The notes under the pieces were generated by a model. That model had not been told where the DNA came from, made no database searches, and saw only the letters and a program-made list of their open reading frames with translations. From NCBI RefSeq assembly GCF_009914755.1, contig NC_060928.1: DNA of 64,000 bases. One strand, given 5' to 3'. The translations under genes and the position numbers were made by a program. Positions 1 to 12,458 of this stretch are shown one piece after another. Numbering within the stretch: the stretch's first letter is position 1; the number at the start of each line of letters is the position of its first letter. This DNA comes from the human T2T-CHM13v2.0 reference genome, Homo sapiens.

Positions 1-3000
1 GAGATGGTATCCTCTTCAAGTTTGGATTTGCATTTCTCTAATGATCAATGATGCTGAGCATTATTTATATGTTTGTTGGCTGCTTGTATGTCTTCTTTTG
101 GAGAGTGTCTGTTCATGTTCTTTGCCCATTCTTTTAAATGAGGTTATTCTTTTTTTTATTGTTGATTTGTTTAAGTTCCCTGTGGATTCTGGATATTGGA
201 CCTTTGTCAGATGCACAGTTTGTGAATATTTTCTCCCATTCTGTAGGTTGTCTGTTTACTTTGTTGATGGTTTATTTTGCTGTGTAGAAGCTCTTTTGTT
301 TAATTAGGTCCCATTTGTCTGATTTTGTTTTCATTGTGTTGCTTTTGAGGACATAGGCAAAAATTCTTTGCCAAGGCCAGTGTTGAAAAGAGTATTTCCT
401 AAGTTGTCTTCTAGAATTTTTATAGGTTGAAGTCTTACATTTAAATTGGATCCATTTTGAGTTAGTTTTTGTATATAGTGAAAGATAGGGTTCCAGCTTC
501 AGTCTTCTGAATATGGCTAGCCTGTTATCCCAGAATCATTTATTGAGTAGGTAGTCCGTTTCCATTGCTTGTTTTGGTCAGCCTTGACAAAAATCAGATA
601 GTTGTAGGTGTGTGGCTTTATTTCTGAGTTTTCTAATCTGTATCATTGGTCCATGTCTCTGTTTTTGTACCAGTACCATGTTGTTTGGGTTGCTGTAGCT
701 TTATAGTGTAGTTTAAAGTAGGGTAGTGTGATACCTCTGGTTTTGATCATTTTGCTTAGGGTTGCTTTGGCTATTTGGCTATTTTTTTTGTTTCAATTGA
801 CTTTGAGAATAGTTTTGCCTAATTCTGTGAAAAATTACATTGGTAGGTTGATAGGAATAGTGTTGAATCTTCAGATTGCTCTGGGCAGTATGGCCATTTT
901 TACAATATTGATTCTTCCACTCCATGAGCATAAAATATTTTTCCATTTATTTGTGTGGTCTCTAATTTCTTTTAGCAGTGTTTTCTAGTTCTTCTTGTAC
1001 AGATCTTTCACCTCCTTGATTAGCTGTACTCCTAGGTATTTCATTTTCCTTGTGGCTATTGTAAGTGGGATTTTTTCACTCTCCTGAACATTGTTGTTGT
1101 AAAGAAATGCTAATGAATTTTGTACGTTGATTTTGTAATTGGAAACTTTACTAAAGTCAGTTATTAGTTCTAGTTCTAGAAGACTTCTGGCAGGGTCTTT
1201 AAGATTTTCTAGGTATTGAAACAAATCAGTGAAGAGAGATTAATTTATTCTTTTCCTATTTGGATTTTTTAAAATTTGTTTCTCTTGCCTGATTGCTCTG
1301 ACTAGGTATTCCAGTACTATTAATAGGAGTGGTGTGAGTGGGCATGCATGTCTTGTTTCAGTTCTCAAAGGGAGTAGTTAGAGCTTTTGCCCATTCCGTA
1401 GATGTTGGCTGTGGGTTTGTCATAGATGGTTCTTATTATTTGAGGTATGTTCCTTCAGTGCCTAGTCTGATGAGAGCCTTTATCATGAAGGAAATTTATT
1501 TTTATTGAAATCGTTTTCTGCATCTATTGAGATAATCGTATGGTTTTTACTTGTAATTCTGTTTATGTGATGTACCACATTTACTGATTTGTCTATGATG
1601 AAATAGGCTTGCATACCAGGAATAAAGCCTACTTGATTGTAGCGAATTCACTTTTTGATGTGCTGCTGAACTTGGTTTGCTAATATTTTATTGAAGATTT
1701 TCGTGTCTATTGTGTATATATTTATCAAAGATACGGGCCTGAAATTTTCTTTGTTCATTGTGTCTCTGCCAGATTTTGTTACAGGCTGATGCTGGCTCAT
1801 AGAATGATTTAGGGAGGAGCCCATCCTCCCCGATATTTTGGAAGAGTTTCAGTAGGATTGGTATCAATTATTTGTATGTCTGGTAGAATTCAGCTGTGAA
1901 TCCATCTGGTCCAGAGCTCTTGTGGTTGTTAAGATCTTTATTACTGATTCAATTTTAGAACTTAATATTGTTCTAGTCTGGGTTTCATTCTCTTCATGAT
2001 TCAATCTTGGGAGATTTTGTGCTTTCAGGAATTTCTCTAGACTTTCTAATTTGTATGAATAGAGTCATTCATAGTAGTCTCTGAGGTTCTTTTGTATTTC
2101 TATGTGGTTGGTTGTAATACCACCTTTGTCATTTCCTATTGCGTTTATTTGGGTCTTGCCTTTCTTTTTCTTTGTTAATCTAGCTGTGGGGGGGGGGGTC
2201 TATAAATTTTATTTAGTCTTTTGAAGAACAAACACTTGCTTTCATTGATCTTCTGTATGAATTTTTACATTTTAATTTTATTCAACCTTTCTCTAATTTT
2301 AGTTATTTCTTTTCTTCTGCCAGCTTTGAGGTTGTTTTTTTTTTCTAGTTTCTTTAGGATAGAAACTAGAAAAAAGTTAGAATGTTAATTTGAGGTCTAT
2401 CTAATTTCTTGGTGAAGGTGTTTATCACTATGAACTTTCCTTTTAATACTGCTTTAGCTGTATCCCAGATATTTTGATAAGTTATGCCCCTATTTTTATT
2501 AATTTCAAAGATTTTTTTGATTTCTGCCTTAATTTCAAAGTTTATCCAAGAGTTATTCAGGATAAGTTGTTTAATTTCTATATATCTGTGTAGTTTTAAG
2601 ATATCTTCTTAATACTGATTTCCATTTTTATTGCACTATGGTCAAACATCTGCTTGGTATTATTTTGATTTTTTTGAATTATTGAAACTTGTTTATGATC
2701 TAGCATGTGGTCTTTCTTGGACTATGTTCTATATTTTATTGAGAAGAATGTATATTCTATGGTTATGGGGTGAAATATTTTGTAGATGTCTGTTGGGTCC
2801 ATTGGTCAAGTGTTGAGTTAAATCCAGAGTTTCTTTGTAAGTTTTCTGCCACAATGATCTGTCTAACGCTGTCAGTGGATTTTTGAAGTTTCCCACCATT
2901 TTTGTGTGGTTGTCTGAGTCTTCATGTAGGTCAGGAAGAACTTGTTTTATGAATCCGGGTGCTCCAATGCTGGGTGTGCAGACATTTAGGATAGATAGTT

Positions 3001-3325
3001 CTTGTTGGATTATACCCTTTATCATTATGTAATGTCCTTCTTTATGCTTCTTAATTGTAAAAAGTTTAAAGTCTGTTTTATCTAATATAAAACATAGCAA
3101 TTCCTGCTTTTTAAAATTTTCTGTTTGCAGGGCAGATATTTATTCAACTTTTTATTTTGAGCCTGCGGATGTCATTATGTGTGAGATGGGTCTCTTAAAG
3201 ACAGTACACTATTGATTCTCATCTTTTTATCCAGATTGCCATTTCATATGTGTTTTAAGTGGGGCGTTTAGCTCATTTACATTAAGGGTTAGTGTTGATA
3301 TGTGATATTTTTACCTTGTCATCAT
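1..3325 (-). pseudogene. Disrupted L1 ORF2 (endonuclease + reverse transcriptase), partial
   Basis: ORF-track fragments 2729..3100 and 985..1224 match L1 ORF2p; many stops and frameshifts; ATG at ~3322-3325. Confidence 0.9.
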
Positions 3326-3399
3326 GCTGTTATATGGTTGTTATGTAGACTTAATTGTGTAGTTGCTTTATAGTGTTTGTGGGATATGTGCTTAAGTGA

Positions 3400-4395
3400 C
3401 TATTTGTGGTAGCAAGTGTCATTCTTTTGATTCCAAGTTTAGCACTCCCTTAAGGACCTCTCATAAGTGTGGTCTAGTTGAAATGAATTCCCTTAGCATT
3501 TGCTTGTCTGATAAGGATTTTATTTCCCTTCACTTTTGAAGCTTAGTTTAATGAGATATTAAATTCTTAGTTGGCATGTGTTTTCTTTAAACATACTGAA
3601 AATAGGCCCCAATCACTTCTAGCTTGTAAAGTTTCTGCTGAGAGATCTATTGGCAGCCTGATGGGGGTCCCTGTGTATGTGACCTGACCTTTGTCTTTAG
3701 GTGACCTTAAGATTTTTTCTTTTGTGTTGAACATGGTCAATCTGACAATTATGTGTCTTGGGGAGGGTCATCTTTTATAGTATATATCCGGGGTTCTCTA
3801 TATTTGTTGAATTTGCAATCTACCTCTCTAGTGAGATTAGGGAAAATTTCATCAACTATAAACTCAGATATATTTTCCAAGTTGCTTATTCTCTCTCCTT
3901 TTCTCTCAGGGATGCACACGAGTCATAGATTTGGCCTCTTTAAATAATGACATGTTTCTTGGAGGTTTTGTTCATTTTATAAAATTCTTTTTCTTTATTT
4001 TTGTCTGAGTTAATTTGAAGAACCAGTTTTGAGCTCTGAAATTATTTCTTCAGCTTGATGCATTCTGCTCTTAATACTTCTGTTTGCATTATGAAATTCT
4101 TGTATTGAATTTTCAACTCAAGAAATTCAGTTTAGGCCTTTCTTAAAATTACTATTTTGTCTTTCAGCTCTTGAATCATTTTACTGGATTGCTCGGCTTC
4201 CTAGGATTTGGTTTCCACTTCCTCCCAAATCTTGATGAGCTTCCTTGCTATCCAGATTCTGAATTCCATATCTGTCATTTCCGCCATTTCAGATTGGTTA
4301 AGAACCATTGCTGAAGTCCTACTAAGCTTGTTTGGATGTAAGGGGACATTCTGGCTTTTTGAATTGCCAGAATTCTTACACCGATTATTTCTCAT
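3400..4395 (-). pseudogene. Disrupted L1 ORF1
   Basis: ORF 4201..4395 matches the ORF1p N-terminus of older primate L1s; C-terminal EFISTRP..EVLKGVL near 3440-3490. Confidence 0.85.
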
Positions 4396-5690
4396 TTGGG
4401 AGGGTTGGTGTTGCTTTAACTGTAGGTAAATTGAGTATAGTCAGTTTATTTTACTTCTGAAAGTTTTTATAATGCTCTGTACAGGGTCTTTGTTGTTGAA
4501 TTCTTGCCCTCGGCTTCCCAAGAGAGAGAAGCAGCTGCTTTTTGCTGTTGTAGTTTGGACTGTGATCCAGTAGATAGCGCTTGTGAGCAATGAGTAGTAG
4601 ATAGGCTCTTACTCTGTTGCATGAGCCTTTTGTGCATCTTCTGGTTTGCAGCTGTGCTCTGTATTGTGAGCAGGAGAGATGTGACTTTCTCACCGGCTAC
4701 ACTCCTGGGTCACTTCCGATCACTGGCACTGTGTCTGACTTTTTGTTGTTGTTGTTGTTGTTGTTAGGCGTTTCAGAGTGGGGGCTCCCTTAGGTAGAGG
4801 TTTTTCAGGGAGACAGGTCACACTCTTACTAGACCAGCCCTGTGGAGGGAGGCACAACCAGGTCCCACAACAGCCTGCAACCTGTGGAACTCACCTCTCT
4901 TAGTTTTATGGGGGTGTGGCCTCCTTCCTCCCTCAAGTGCTGGGCAGCGATCCCAACTTAGTATTCCTGAATCACGAGCCAGAGCTCTTAGGCACCAGGA
5001 CCTGCTCTCAGCTCCCTGCTCCAGATACTTAGGGTTGAGTTCTGGATGTGCTGGAGGATCTGAAAGGCTCCTGGTCTGCTAGGTTGCACTCAGATGGAGC
5101 AAAGCATCAGTACCGGGTAGTGGGGGCTGCATTGTGTACATGTTCTTGCAGAGTGGCCAAGCAGGAGCCTGGGAGAGGCTGGCAGGTAAGTAGGCCTATA
5201 GGACAGATGTACCCCAACCCTGCAGGGAAGCCAGCCCTGTTTCTTCCAGTTCATCTATTAGCTGGTGCCAAAGTCGCTCAGAGGAAGATGGGGAGCCCTG
5301 GGGGATGGCACTTATGGCTGGGTTCCATAGAAGCTGTCCTATGCACAAAGATCACTCCATACCTGCTGAAGCCTTATCTCCACCTAATCTCTGGAACCAG
5401 GATACCAGAGGTCTATGGAGAGAGTGGGCAGTCCCCCAGTTCCTTCACTCACCCCTTCTCCAGGACCCATTCAGGGCCAGTAGCCAGCCCTTCCATTTGG
5501 GTACCCGACAGGGGTTCCCAGCTTCCTTCCTCTTCAGGCTTGGTGTGTGCATCCTTTCTCCATCCACATTCAGCATTTTCTCTCTGAAAATGTGTTAAAA
5601 TTATGTTGGTTTAGTCAAAATTCCGGTCCCTCTCCGTGGGAGTGGCACTTCCTGGTTGCATCTAGTCATCCATCTTTCAGAAAACCCTCT

Positions 5691-5830
5691 TTCATTACTT
5701 TTATTTTTTTCTTTTATTTTCTTTCTCCTTTTCTCTCTTCTTTCTTTCTCTTTCCCTTATCTATCATCTATCTTTCTCTCTTTCTCTCTCTTTCTTCCTC
5801 CTTCCTTCCTTTCTTCCTCCTACCCTTTAT
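5691..5830. repeat. TC-rich polypyrimidine low-complexity tract
   Basis: Runs of tttc/tctc/ttcc. Confidence 0.8.
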
Positions 5831-7071
5831 TTTAGTTCCGTGAAACCTCACTCTTATTTTTTTTTTTAGGATTTTGAGTCATAGAAAAGTTTTTCAGTCT
5901 TCTGTTCTACAGAGGAATTCACCAAAGTTTCCTTTTGATATTATATGGAGTCATTTTATTTTATTATATCAGATACATCTGAATTTTATACTTGGAAGAT
6001 GTTTGGTGTAATCGAGTTGCCACTGAGTGGCTGTTTGTTTATTATAATGTCTTGGACCTTCATCAAACTCTTTGATCCATACAACTTAATAATTTTGGAA
6101 TTTCGTAGAAACAGCTGCTTTAAAATATTTTGTGAAAAGAAGTACATGTTGCCACTGTGACTTTCCTAATCATGGGCCTATTGTGCAGTACTGGGGTTGC
6201 TGACGATAGAGGGTGACTTACCATCACTGGATAACTGTCTCCTCTGTAATGAATGATCTCAGGTGGAAATTGACGTAAGGTACAACATCTGAGCACTTTG
6301 AGCCAAAATACCTCTTCCCTCAAACTGCTTGTCTCGAATCTTTTAATCTATACCAGTGACCAATCAATCATTTACTATTTACCACTGACCAAGAGTCTAT
6401 ATCTTTATTTCAGACCATCCCTCTATATACAATGTAAATGCCGAAGTGCACTACTTATAAATCTGTGTACAGGAAGGATTTGTTCCTTCATTATTTTTCT
6501 TTACAGTCACCCCTAAGTGCCACTTAATGCAGCTCCAGTATTTTTTGGTCCCATTAACACATTAAGCTGAACCACCTGCGAACCTGGTCCCAGTTTTCTT
6601 TCTCTTTCTTCAACTCATCATAAAGAAAGTTTATGAAGCTATTAGATGCTAAATTTAGAGAGGAGTCAGTGTTAAAGTGAGAAGTGGCATAGGATTCTAG
6701 CCGCCTATTTGCATAAATTAATTCTGTCCTCTGGACTTACTTGGTGTGATCCCAAAATGTTATTTTCATAGTGTGATAGATTGATGCTGTACCTGTCTCA
6801 CCTTGTGATATGGTGTATCTGAGAGATCTGAGCTTATGAGAACAGGTGCAGTCACCTAACCTTGTGGTTTATGCTACAAAGAAGAGCCTTGTTCCAAAGC
6901 ACTGGGGGTATGTATTGTGAATTGCATAAATGGGCTTGCCCTTTACACAGAGCTGTTATGCATCTCAAGACAAGTTCATTACATATGATACATCCACTCC
7001 CTGAAATAACACTGTTTGCAACAAAGCTTTTCACCTTCTTGGTAAGAAACATATTTAAAGAAGTATGCTTC

Positions 7072-8046
7072 TAGATAGACTAGAGAAGTTTTCCTGAATT
7101 ATCCTATCCAGAATGTTTTCCAGATATTTTAATTTTTCTTCTTTTTCTCCCTCAGGAATGCCTGTTACTATGCATCTAACAAAGGACTAAAATCCAGAAT
7201 CTACAAGGAACTAAACTCAACAAGAAAAAATAATCTCATTAACAAGTGGGGAAAAGATAGGAACAGACATTTCTCAAACGAAGATATACAAGAGGACAAG
7301 AAACATAAAATAAAATGCTCAATATCACTAACCGTCAGTGAAATGCAAGTTAAAACCACAATGAGATGCCACATCACACCGGTCGGAATGGCCATTATTA
7401 AAAAGTCAAAAAACCACAGATGTCGACAAAGATGCAGAGAAAAGGGAGCACTTATACACCGTTGGTGCGAATATGAATTAGTACAACCTCTATGGACAAC
7501 AGTATAGAGATTTCTCAAAGAAGTAAAAATAGAACCACCATTAGGCCCAGCAATCCCACTACTGGGTATCTACCCAAAGAAAGAGAAATTGTTATATATA
7601 TATATCTGCACTCATATGTTTATCACTGCACTAGTCGCAGTAACAAAGTCATGGAATGAACCTAAGTTTCCATCAAAAGATGATTGGATAAAGAAAATGT
7701 GGAATACCATGAAATACTACACATCCGTAGAAAAAAAATTATGTCTTCTGCAGCAACATGGATGTAACTGGAGGTCAAAATACTCAGAAACACAACATCA
7801 AATACCACATGTTCTCACTTATAAATGGGAGACATGTACAAACAGAGAAAAATAGTCAAGGCTGGGGACTTTAAAAGAGGGGCTTGGGAGGGACTTGAGA
7901 GTTGAAAAATTACCTACTGGATACAATGTTCATTATTCAGGTAATAGGAACATTAGAAGCCCAAATCTCAGCTTTCCACAATATATCCATGTGACAAATC
8001 TGCATATATACCCACTGAATCTATAAAAATAAAATGAATAAATTTT
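7072..8046 (+). mobile_element. 5'-truncated L1 (L1PB/L1MA-like 3' end) with an inverted ORF1 fragment at its 5' end
   Basis: 7170-8040 is L1 ORF2 end + 3'UTR + A-rich tail; 7072-7168 is antisense ORF1-like (resembles 3835-3915). Diverged TSD aagaagtatgcttc (7058-7071) / aaaaagcatgtttc (8047-8060). Confidence 0.88.
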
Positions 8047-9686
8047 AAAAAGCATGTTTCAACACTTCATAGAAACTCTACAGTTTGGTTATTAACATAG
8101 AATCTTCTAGGTCTCATGGTCAAGTAGCAACAGAGCTAAATCTATTCCTAAGAGTTCTTTTTCTATGAACCTCAAAACTGACAGCCTTAAGAATTATCCA
8201 ACTAATAGGCTAAAACAATATTCTTAAACATGATATATTCTTCCTCCAAAATCCAAGAAGTTCCACACAAGACTGTGCCTTTTTGTTGGAGGTAGTAGGT
8301 ACAAAGAAAAATAACTTGACCTTGAGTTTAGAGTACATATTCTGATGTGGACTAGATCATTAAATCACTAAAGTAATAACCAATATGGCAGTGTAATTAT
8401 GATTATAGGTTTTATCTCTGACTCTTGGCAGCCATGTTTGCTAGGAAATTATTTGCCATGGTCTGCTCACCAAATCCAATTTACACAATATTATTACAAT
8501 AGAGGGCCACAATGATGCTCTGTTGAATGCCAAGATGAAAACGGTATCTTCTTCTAGAGAGGATGGAGGTAGTCTACCCCTGTGATACGATAGTGAGTGT
8601 TGTCTATATTTTCCTAGGTGAATTTGAACTACTACATTTACACTCTTTGTGCGATTAAAAAGGACGTATCTTCCAGATCAATAAAAGCTTACCAAAAGTT
8701 ACAGTAGGTATTGATCTCTTCTGGTAATGATATTACATCCAGCACAGAGCTGCAATTGAGTTTTCACATGCTTAATTATGCCGTAGTTCTCTGTCGTCTG
8801 CCATGATCCATCTGTTTCCTTTTTAAGAACTATGTAAGTGAATTAAATTGAGAATACAATAAGGTGAAATATCACTGAATCATTTGTGTATTTGAGGCAG
8901 CATTAACCTCTGCTGTTTCACCCAGAGTATCATTTGGCTTCTGATTTACTATTTTTTTCCAGGAGAAAGATGTGTAGAGTTTTAGGGCTTATCAGTTACC
9001 CTAATTTTTTCATTAGGGAACTCACTTCAAAGATTAGAGAACAAGTGTGAGGTTGTTCCAGCTGCAAGTTATATTTATCTAAATTATGTACTTTGGTGGT
9101 GGGGAAAAGAAATGAGGTGGTTCTACAGCTTTTTTAGATCCATCACTGTGAGAAGAACTTGGGCTAAAATTTTATCATGCCACCATTTACCCTCAGTCCT
9201 ACAGTTAAGTTATGATGGCATTTTGGTTTCCCTAGAATTAATGGAGGCTCAGGTCCTGTATCTAATAACCTCAAAAAGATCTGATATCCCTCTTTCTAAT
9301 AAACAGTCACACAGAACAATGGCTATAGAGATACTGGTGAAAGATGGAAAGATCAGCTTTTGTATATAATTGCAGTGGTGTTCAAGGTTCCTTCCATAGA
9401 GGAACTAACTTATAATAGTATTTGGGCATGAGTACTCTGGATATTGAAAAACAAATTATAGTTTTCCATTATGTTGGCTGATACTAGCTTTCTGCTCACC
9501 AGATATTTATTTTTTTGTTATAGCCTCACTGTCATTCTATCATTCTTATCTATTAGCCATCATTACAGATTCCTGTGGGTCACAATCCCCTGGTAGACAT
9601 TTAGTGGCCCACTGTGATAATTAATTTTATCTACCTTATTCTGGACGGTTAGGTACTATCGGCTAATCTCTCTAATTTAATCACAA

Positions 9687-10120
9687 TGTGATGATTAATT
9701 TTATGCATCAACTTCGCTAGGCCACAGTACCTTGATATCTCGTCAAATGTTATTCAAGAAGTTTCCATGAGGTATTTTTTTTATATAAGATTAACATTTA
9801 AATTAGTAGATTTTGAGTGCAGCAGAATACTTTCCATAATATGAGTAGGCCTCACCCAATTAGTTTAAGGCCTTAATGGAAAAGAATAAATAAATAGACT
9901 CACCTCCTCTGAAGAAAAGGCAGTTCTGCCAAAAAACCTCCCTGGATCTCCAGACTGCTAGACCCCCTGAAGATTTTAGATTCGCAAGTCTCCACTATCA
10001 GGGCCAATTCCTTCAAATAGATCTGTCTTTCTGTCTTATGTCTTCCTCTTTCTCTCTTTCTCTCTCCATACGTATTTATATATTATTTGTTCTATTTCTG
10101 TGGAGAACCGTCACCAATAA
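9687..10120 (+). mobile_element. MLT2-family solo LTR (ERVL)
   Basis: Starts tgtgatgattaattttatg, contains gattaacatttaaattagtagatttt and an internal TC tract, ends tctgtggagaaccgtcaccaata. Confidence 0.8.
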
Positions 10121-11459
10121 AACACTCTTGTTTACAAGAATGGACTCAATTATATGAAAGTATCTCCTACCTTCAACCATAGTCTACAGCTGCAGCTGCC
10201 ACTGACTATGGAATGATACACATGCAAAATATTTGTGCTTTGGTGAAGGGCATGCTTTATGGACTCTCTGGAAGAACATTAACATAGGGTGAGTTCTCTA
10301 TTCTCACAAGGTAAAATTTATTTTAACATGCTCCAGCCTTTAAGCTTACTGACATCTTCCTATATATTTTGACAACACATTTCTAGCATTTCCAACTCAT
10401 TTTCTATAGGCCATTGTCATGTCTGAATTTTAAGAAATGGTCCCTGAAGGGAATTATTATCAACTATAGGTATCATTTTTATTATATTAAAAACAAAATT
10501 ATGAGAAAGTGTCCCTTTGTCCATAAACATATCCTCCAGGGCTTTATTCTGTCTCTGGTCAACACCTCTCACTTCTTTTCAACACCCTCAATATCTACTC
10601 TCATCATGTTCCCTCAATTCCTGCTGGTATGAAGTATTGAAGTCCTGCAACTATTTTAGTAAACAAGCTAATGCATCCTATAGCTGGGATTACTTTTCTC
10701 TACTCAAACTGTGCAAAAACCAGACAGCCAATGGCTTATATGCCATGGAGAGGTATGATAGATCTTGAAAAGAATACACATGATCTTGGGAGTCATCTGA
10801 CTTAGGTATGGCCTTAAGTGTTCTTCAATGAATGGCAAGGACCTTTTCCTTTGGTAAAGTGTTTCCTTCTTCTTCCTGTCTCCAGGATTCTGGGATATCT
10901 TAGGGTGTAAAAGTGCCAAGTGCATATACACAGATGTTCTTGTCCACATCTCTAGCTCCCACTCCTTCCTTTTCTTTTCCTGTCTATAGCTTAGAAGACC
11001 TGCCAGACTTTGTTTTAAGAACATGTCAGCCTCTTTTTCGATCAATGCTCTTATGATTAAATCCTGGGCCTTATCGCCAATATGATTTTCTGTCCAGCTT
11101 CAGAAGATGAGATTCTCTGCCAAGGAGGTCTTCTGGTTTCCACCCATGAGCTGAGAGCTGGCACACCTGAGCTCTGCAGTACTTCCCAGATGATTAAAAG
11201 CCAACTCTACAATCACTACAATTACTATTTTACCATATATTCAAAGTGCTAAAGTTAATGCATAAACAGTCTTCCATTTTCACCAGTATCTCACTTTAAT
11301 CTATTATAGATGAGAGTCTTACGAATTGTTATTCAACAGCATGCCAGGAGTAGCACAAGGTCTTTTACCATAAGCAAAATGGTTTTTATTGTCATCTGGC
11401 AAGTAAGTAGTCTGATACTGGGCTTGCACTATGATTTTTTTAAGAGCTACTTGTGCTAT

Positions 11460-12223
11460 CTACGGATTTATTTGGGTTTACTCTAGAAGTATGAGATCAT
11501 GAGACAAGGACTTGAGTGCAAATAAGTTATTTTGAATGTGATCTCAGGTAGTACATGTGAAAAAGTGAGAAGAGTGACACAGAGAAGGCCAGAAACCACC
11601 CCCTGCTCAACACACAATGTAGTGCTGGTTATTATGGAGGAAACTGGCAACCGATCCTATGTGAAATCATACACCTCAAAATCTTGTTATTTGAGCATTG
11701 AGACATTTTCCTGCTATTATCCCCATTGTTATGGATGGAATTTTGTCCTTCCAAAAAGTTGTTGAAGCTCTAGCCTCCAGCAACTGCTAATGTGACCTTA
11801 TTTAGAAATAGGCTCTTTGCAGATGACCAAATTAAGATGAAGGCATCAGAGTAGGCTCCAATCCAATTTGACTGTGTCTCTTGGAAGTTGAAACATAGGA
11901 ACAGATACACAGAGAAGGAGAATATCATGTGAAGAGCACCCAGTTTGTGGTACTTTGTTGTAGCAGCCTAAGAAACTTATGCCACCATTGAATAAGCGTT
12001 GACCACAAGAAATTTAATGCTCACATTTTCCTAGTTGTATCTGCTTGAAGCTGAGAGAAAATGTTTCCTTAGTGTCAGCCAGAGATCACCTCAAACGGAG
12101 AAGAGAAATGCTGTGATTGAAGTGATAGGTACCACGTGTGCTGCAAAAAGCCTGCTGTAGCTCCTGGTGATCTAAATTGAAGGATGAGACTTGGGAGAGC
12201 TCACCAACAGTATCAGCGACAAC
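11460..12223 (-). mobile_element. LTR33/LTR16-like ERVL LTR, probable 5' LTR of the 5870-11455 provirus
   Basis: gagacaaggacttgagtgcaaataagttattttg near 11500 and caccaacagtatcagcgaca near 12200 resemble antisense LTR33 ends; it lies directly upstream of gag on the minus strand. Confidence 0.65.
11727..11983 (+). mobile_element. MLT1A-like MaLR LTR, internally deleted, nested in the ERVL LTR
   Basis: tgttatggatggaattttgtc...aatgtgaccttatttagaaatagg...agtttgtggtactttgttgtagcagcc. Confidence 0.75.
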
Positions 12224-12458
12224 ACTGCACACATTCTTATGTATTCTCACTTGAAACTATCGTTTGTTTTTATTTTTTGGTTTTTTTTTTTTTTGTGCTC
12301 CTGAGCACCTTGAAAGTAAGATTCTCCTATCAAAATCATAAAATCATAGTGACAAGATTTTGTTAAGTACCTACTGATGAACCTAAATCCTCAGGATTAG
12401 CAGTAGGACTCAGGAACTCTTAAAGATCAAGCATAGAATGCAAAATCTAAGAAAAAAT

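Larger units (their letters stand above)
1..5690 (-). mobile_element. Old LINE-1 (L1PA13-16/L1PB-like), near full length, with 5'UTR, ORF1 and ORF2; 3' end runs off the window start
   Basis: Minus-strand translation gives the L1 ORF1 N-terminus (MRNNRCKNSGNSKSQ...AEMTDMEFRIWI), the ORF2 start (HISTLTLNVNELNAPLK), endonuclease (DKTDFK..IKKHKEGHYIMIKG) and RT (YLENLKD..LLELELITDFSKVSNYKINVQNS). The 5' terminus has a YY1-type AAGATGG (rc of 5670-5676). Confidence 0.95.
5870..11455 (-). mobile_element. Decayed ERV-L-class (class III) endogenous retrovirus internal region (gag-pro-pol)
   Basis: Hand translation of the minus strand versus recalled HERV-L motifs. Gag: YQQE/ILRVL (10580-10630) and QWP..NELEMLEM (10375-10415). 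RT: ETDGSWQTTENY (8780-8818), DVISLPEEINT (8707-8739) and SKLKVKLFFFVPTTSNKKAQSCVELLGFWRKNI (8235-8333). RNase H: D*KIRDKQFEGRGI (6307-6348). IN: ATQWQLDYTKHLPS (5990-6031). The order is collinear. Confidence 0.88.

Noticed and set aside
5048-5587. 179-aa + strand ORF antisense to the L1 5'UTR (ORF0-like position)
   Set aside because: The old 5'UTR type is not recognisably similar to ORF0, the start codon is non-ATG, and GC-rich sequence gives chance ORFs.
8352-8392. YYFSDLMI as the remnant of the RT YIDD motif
   Set aside because: Plausible, but it requires a ~40-codon deletion before the thumb motif and has low identity, so it was not used as evidence.
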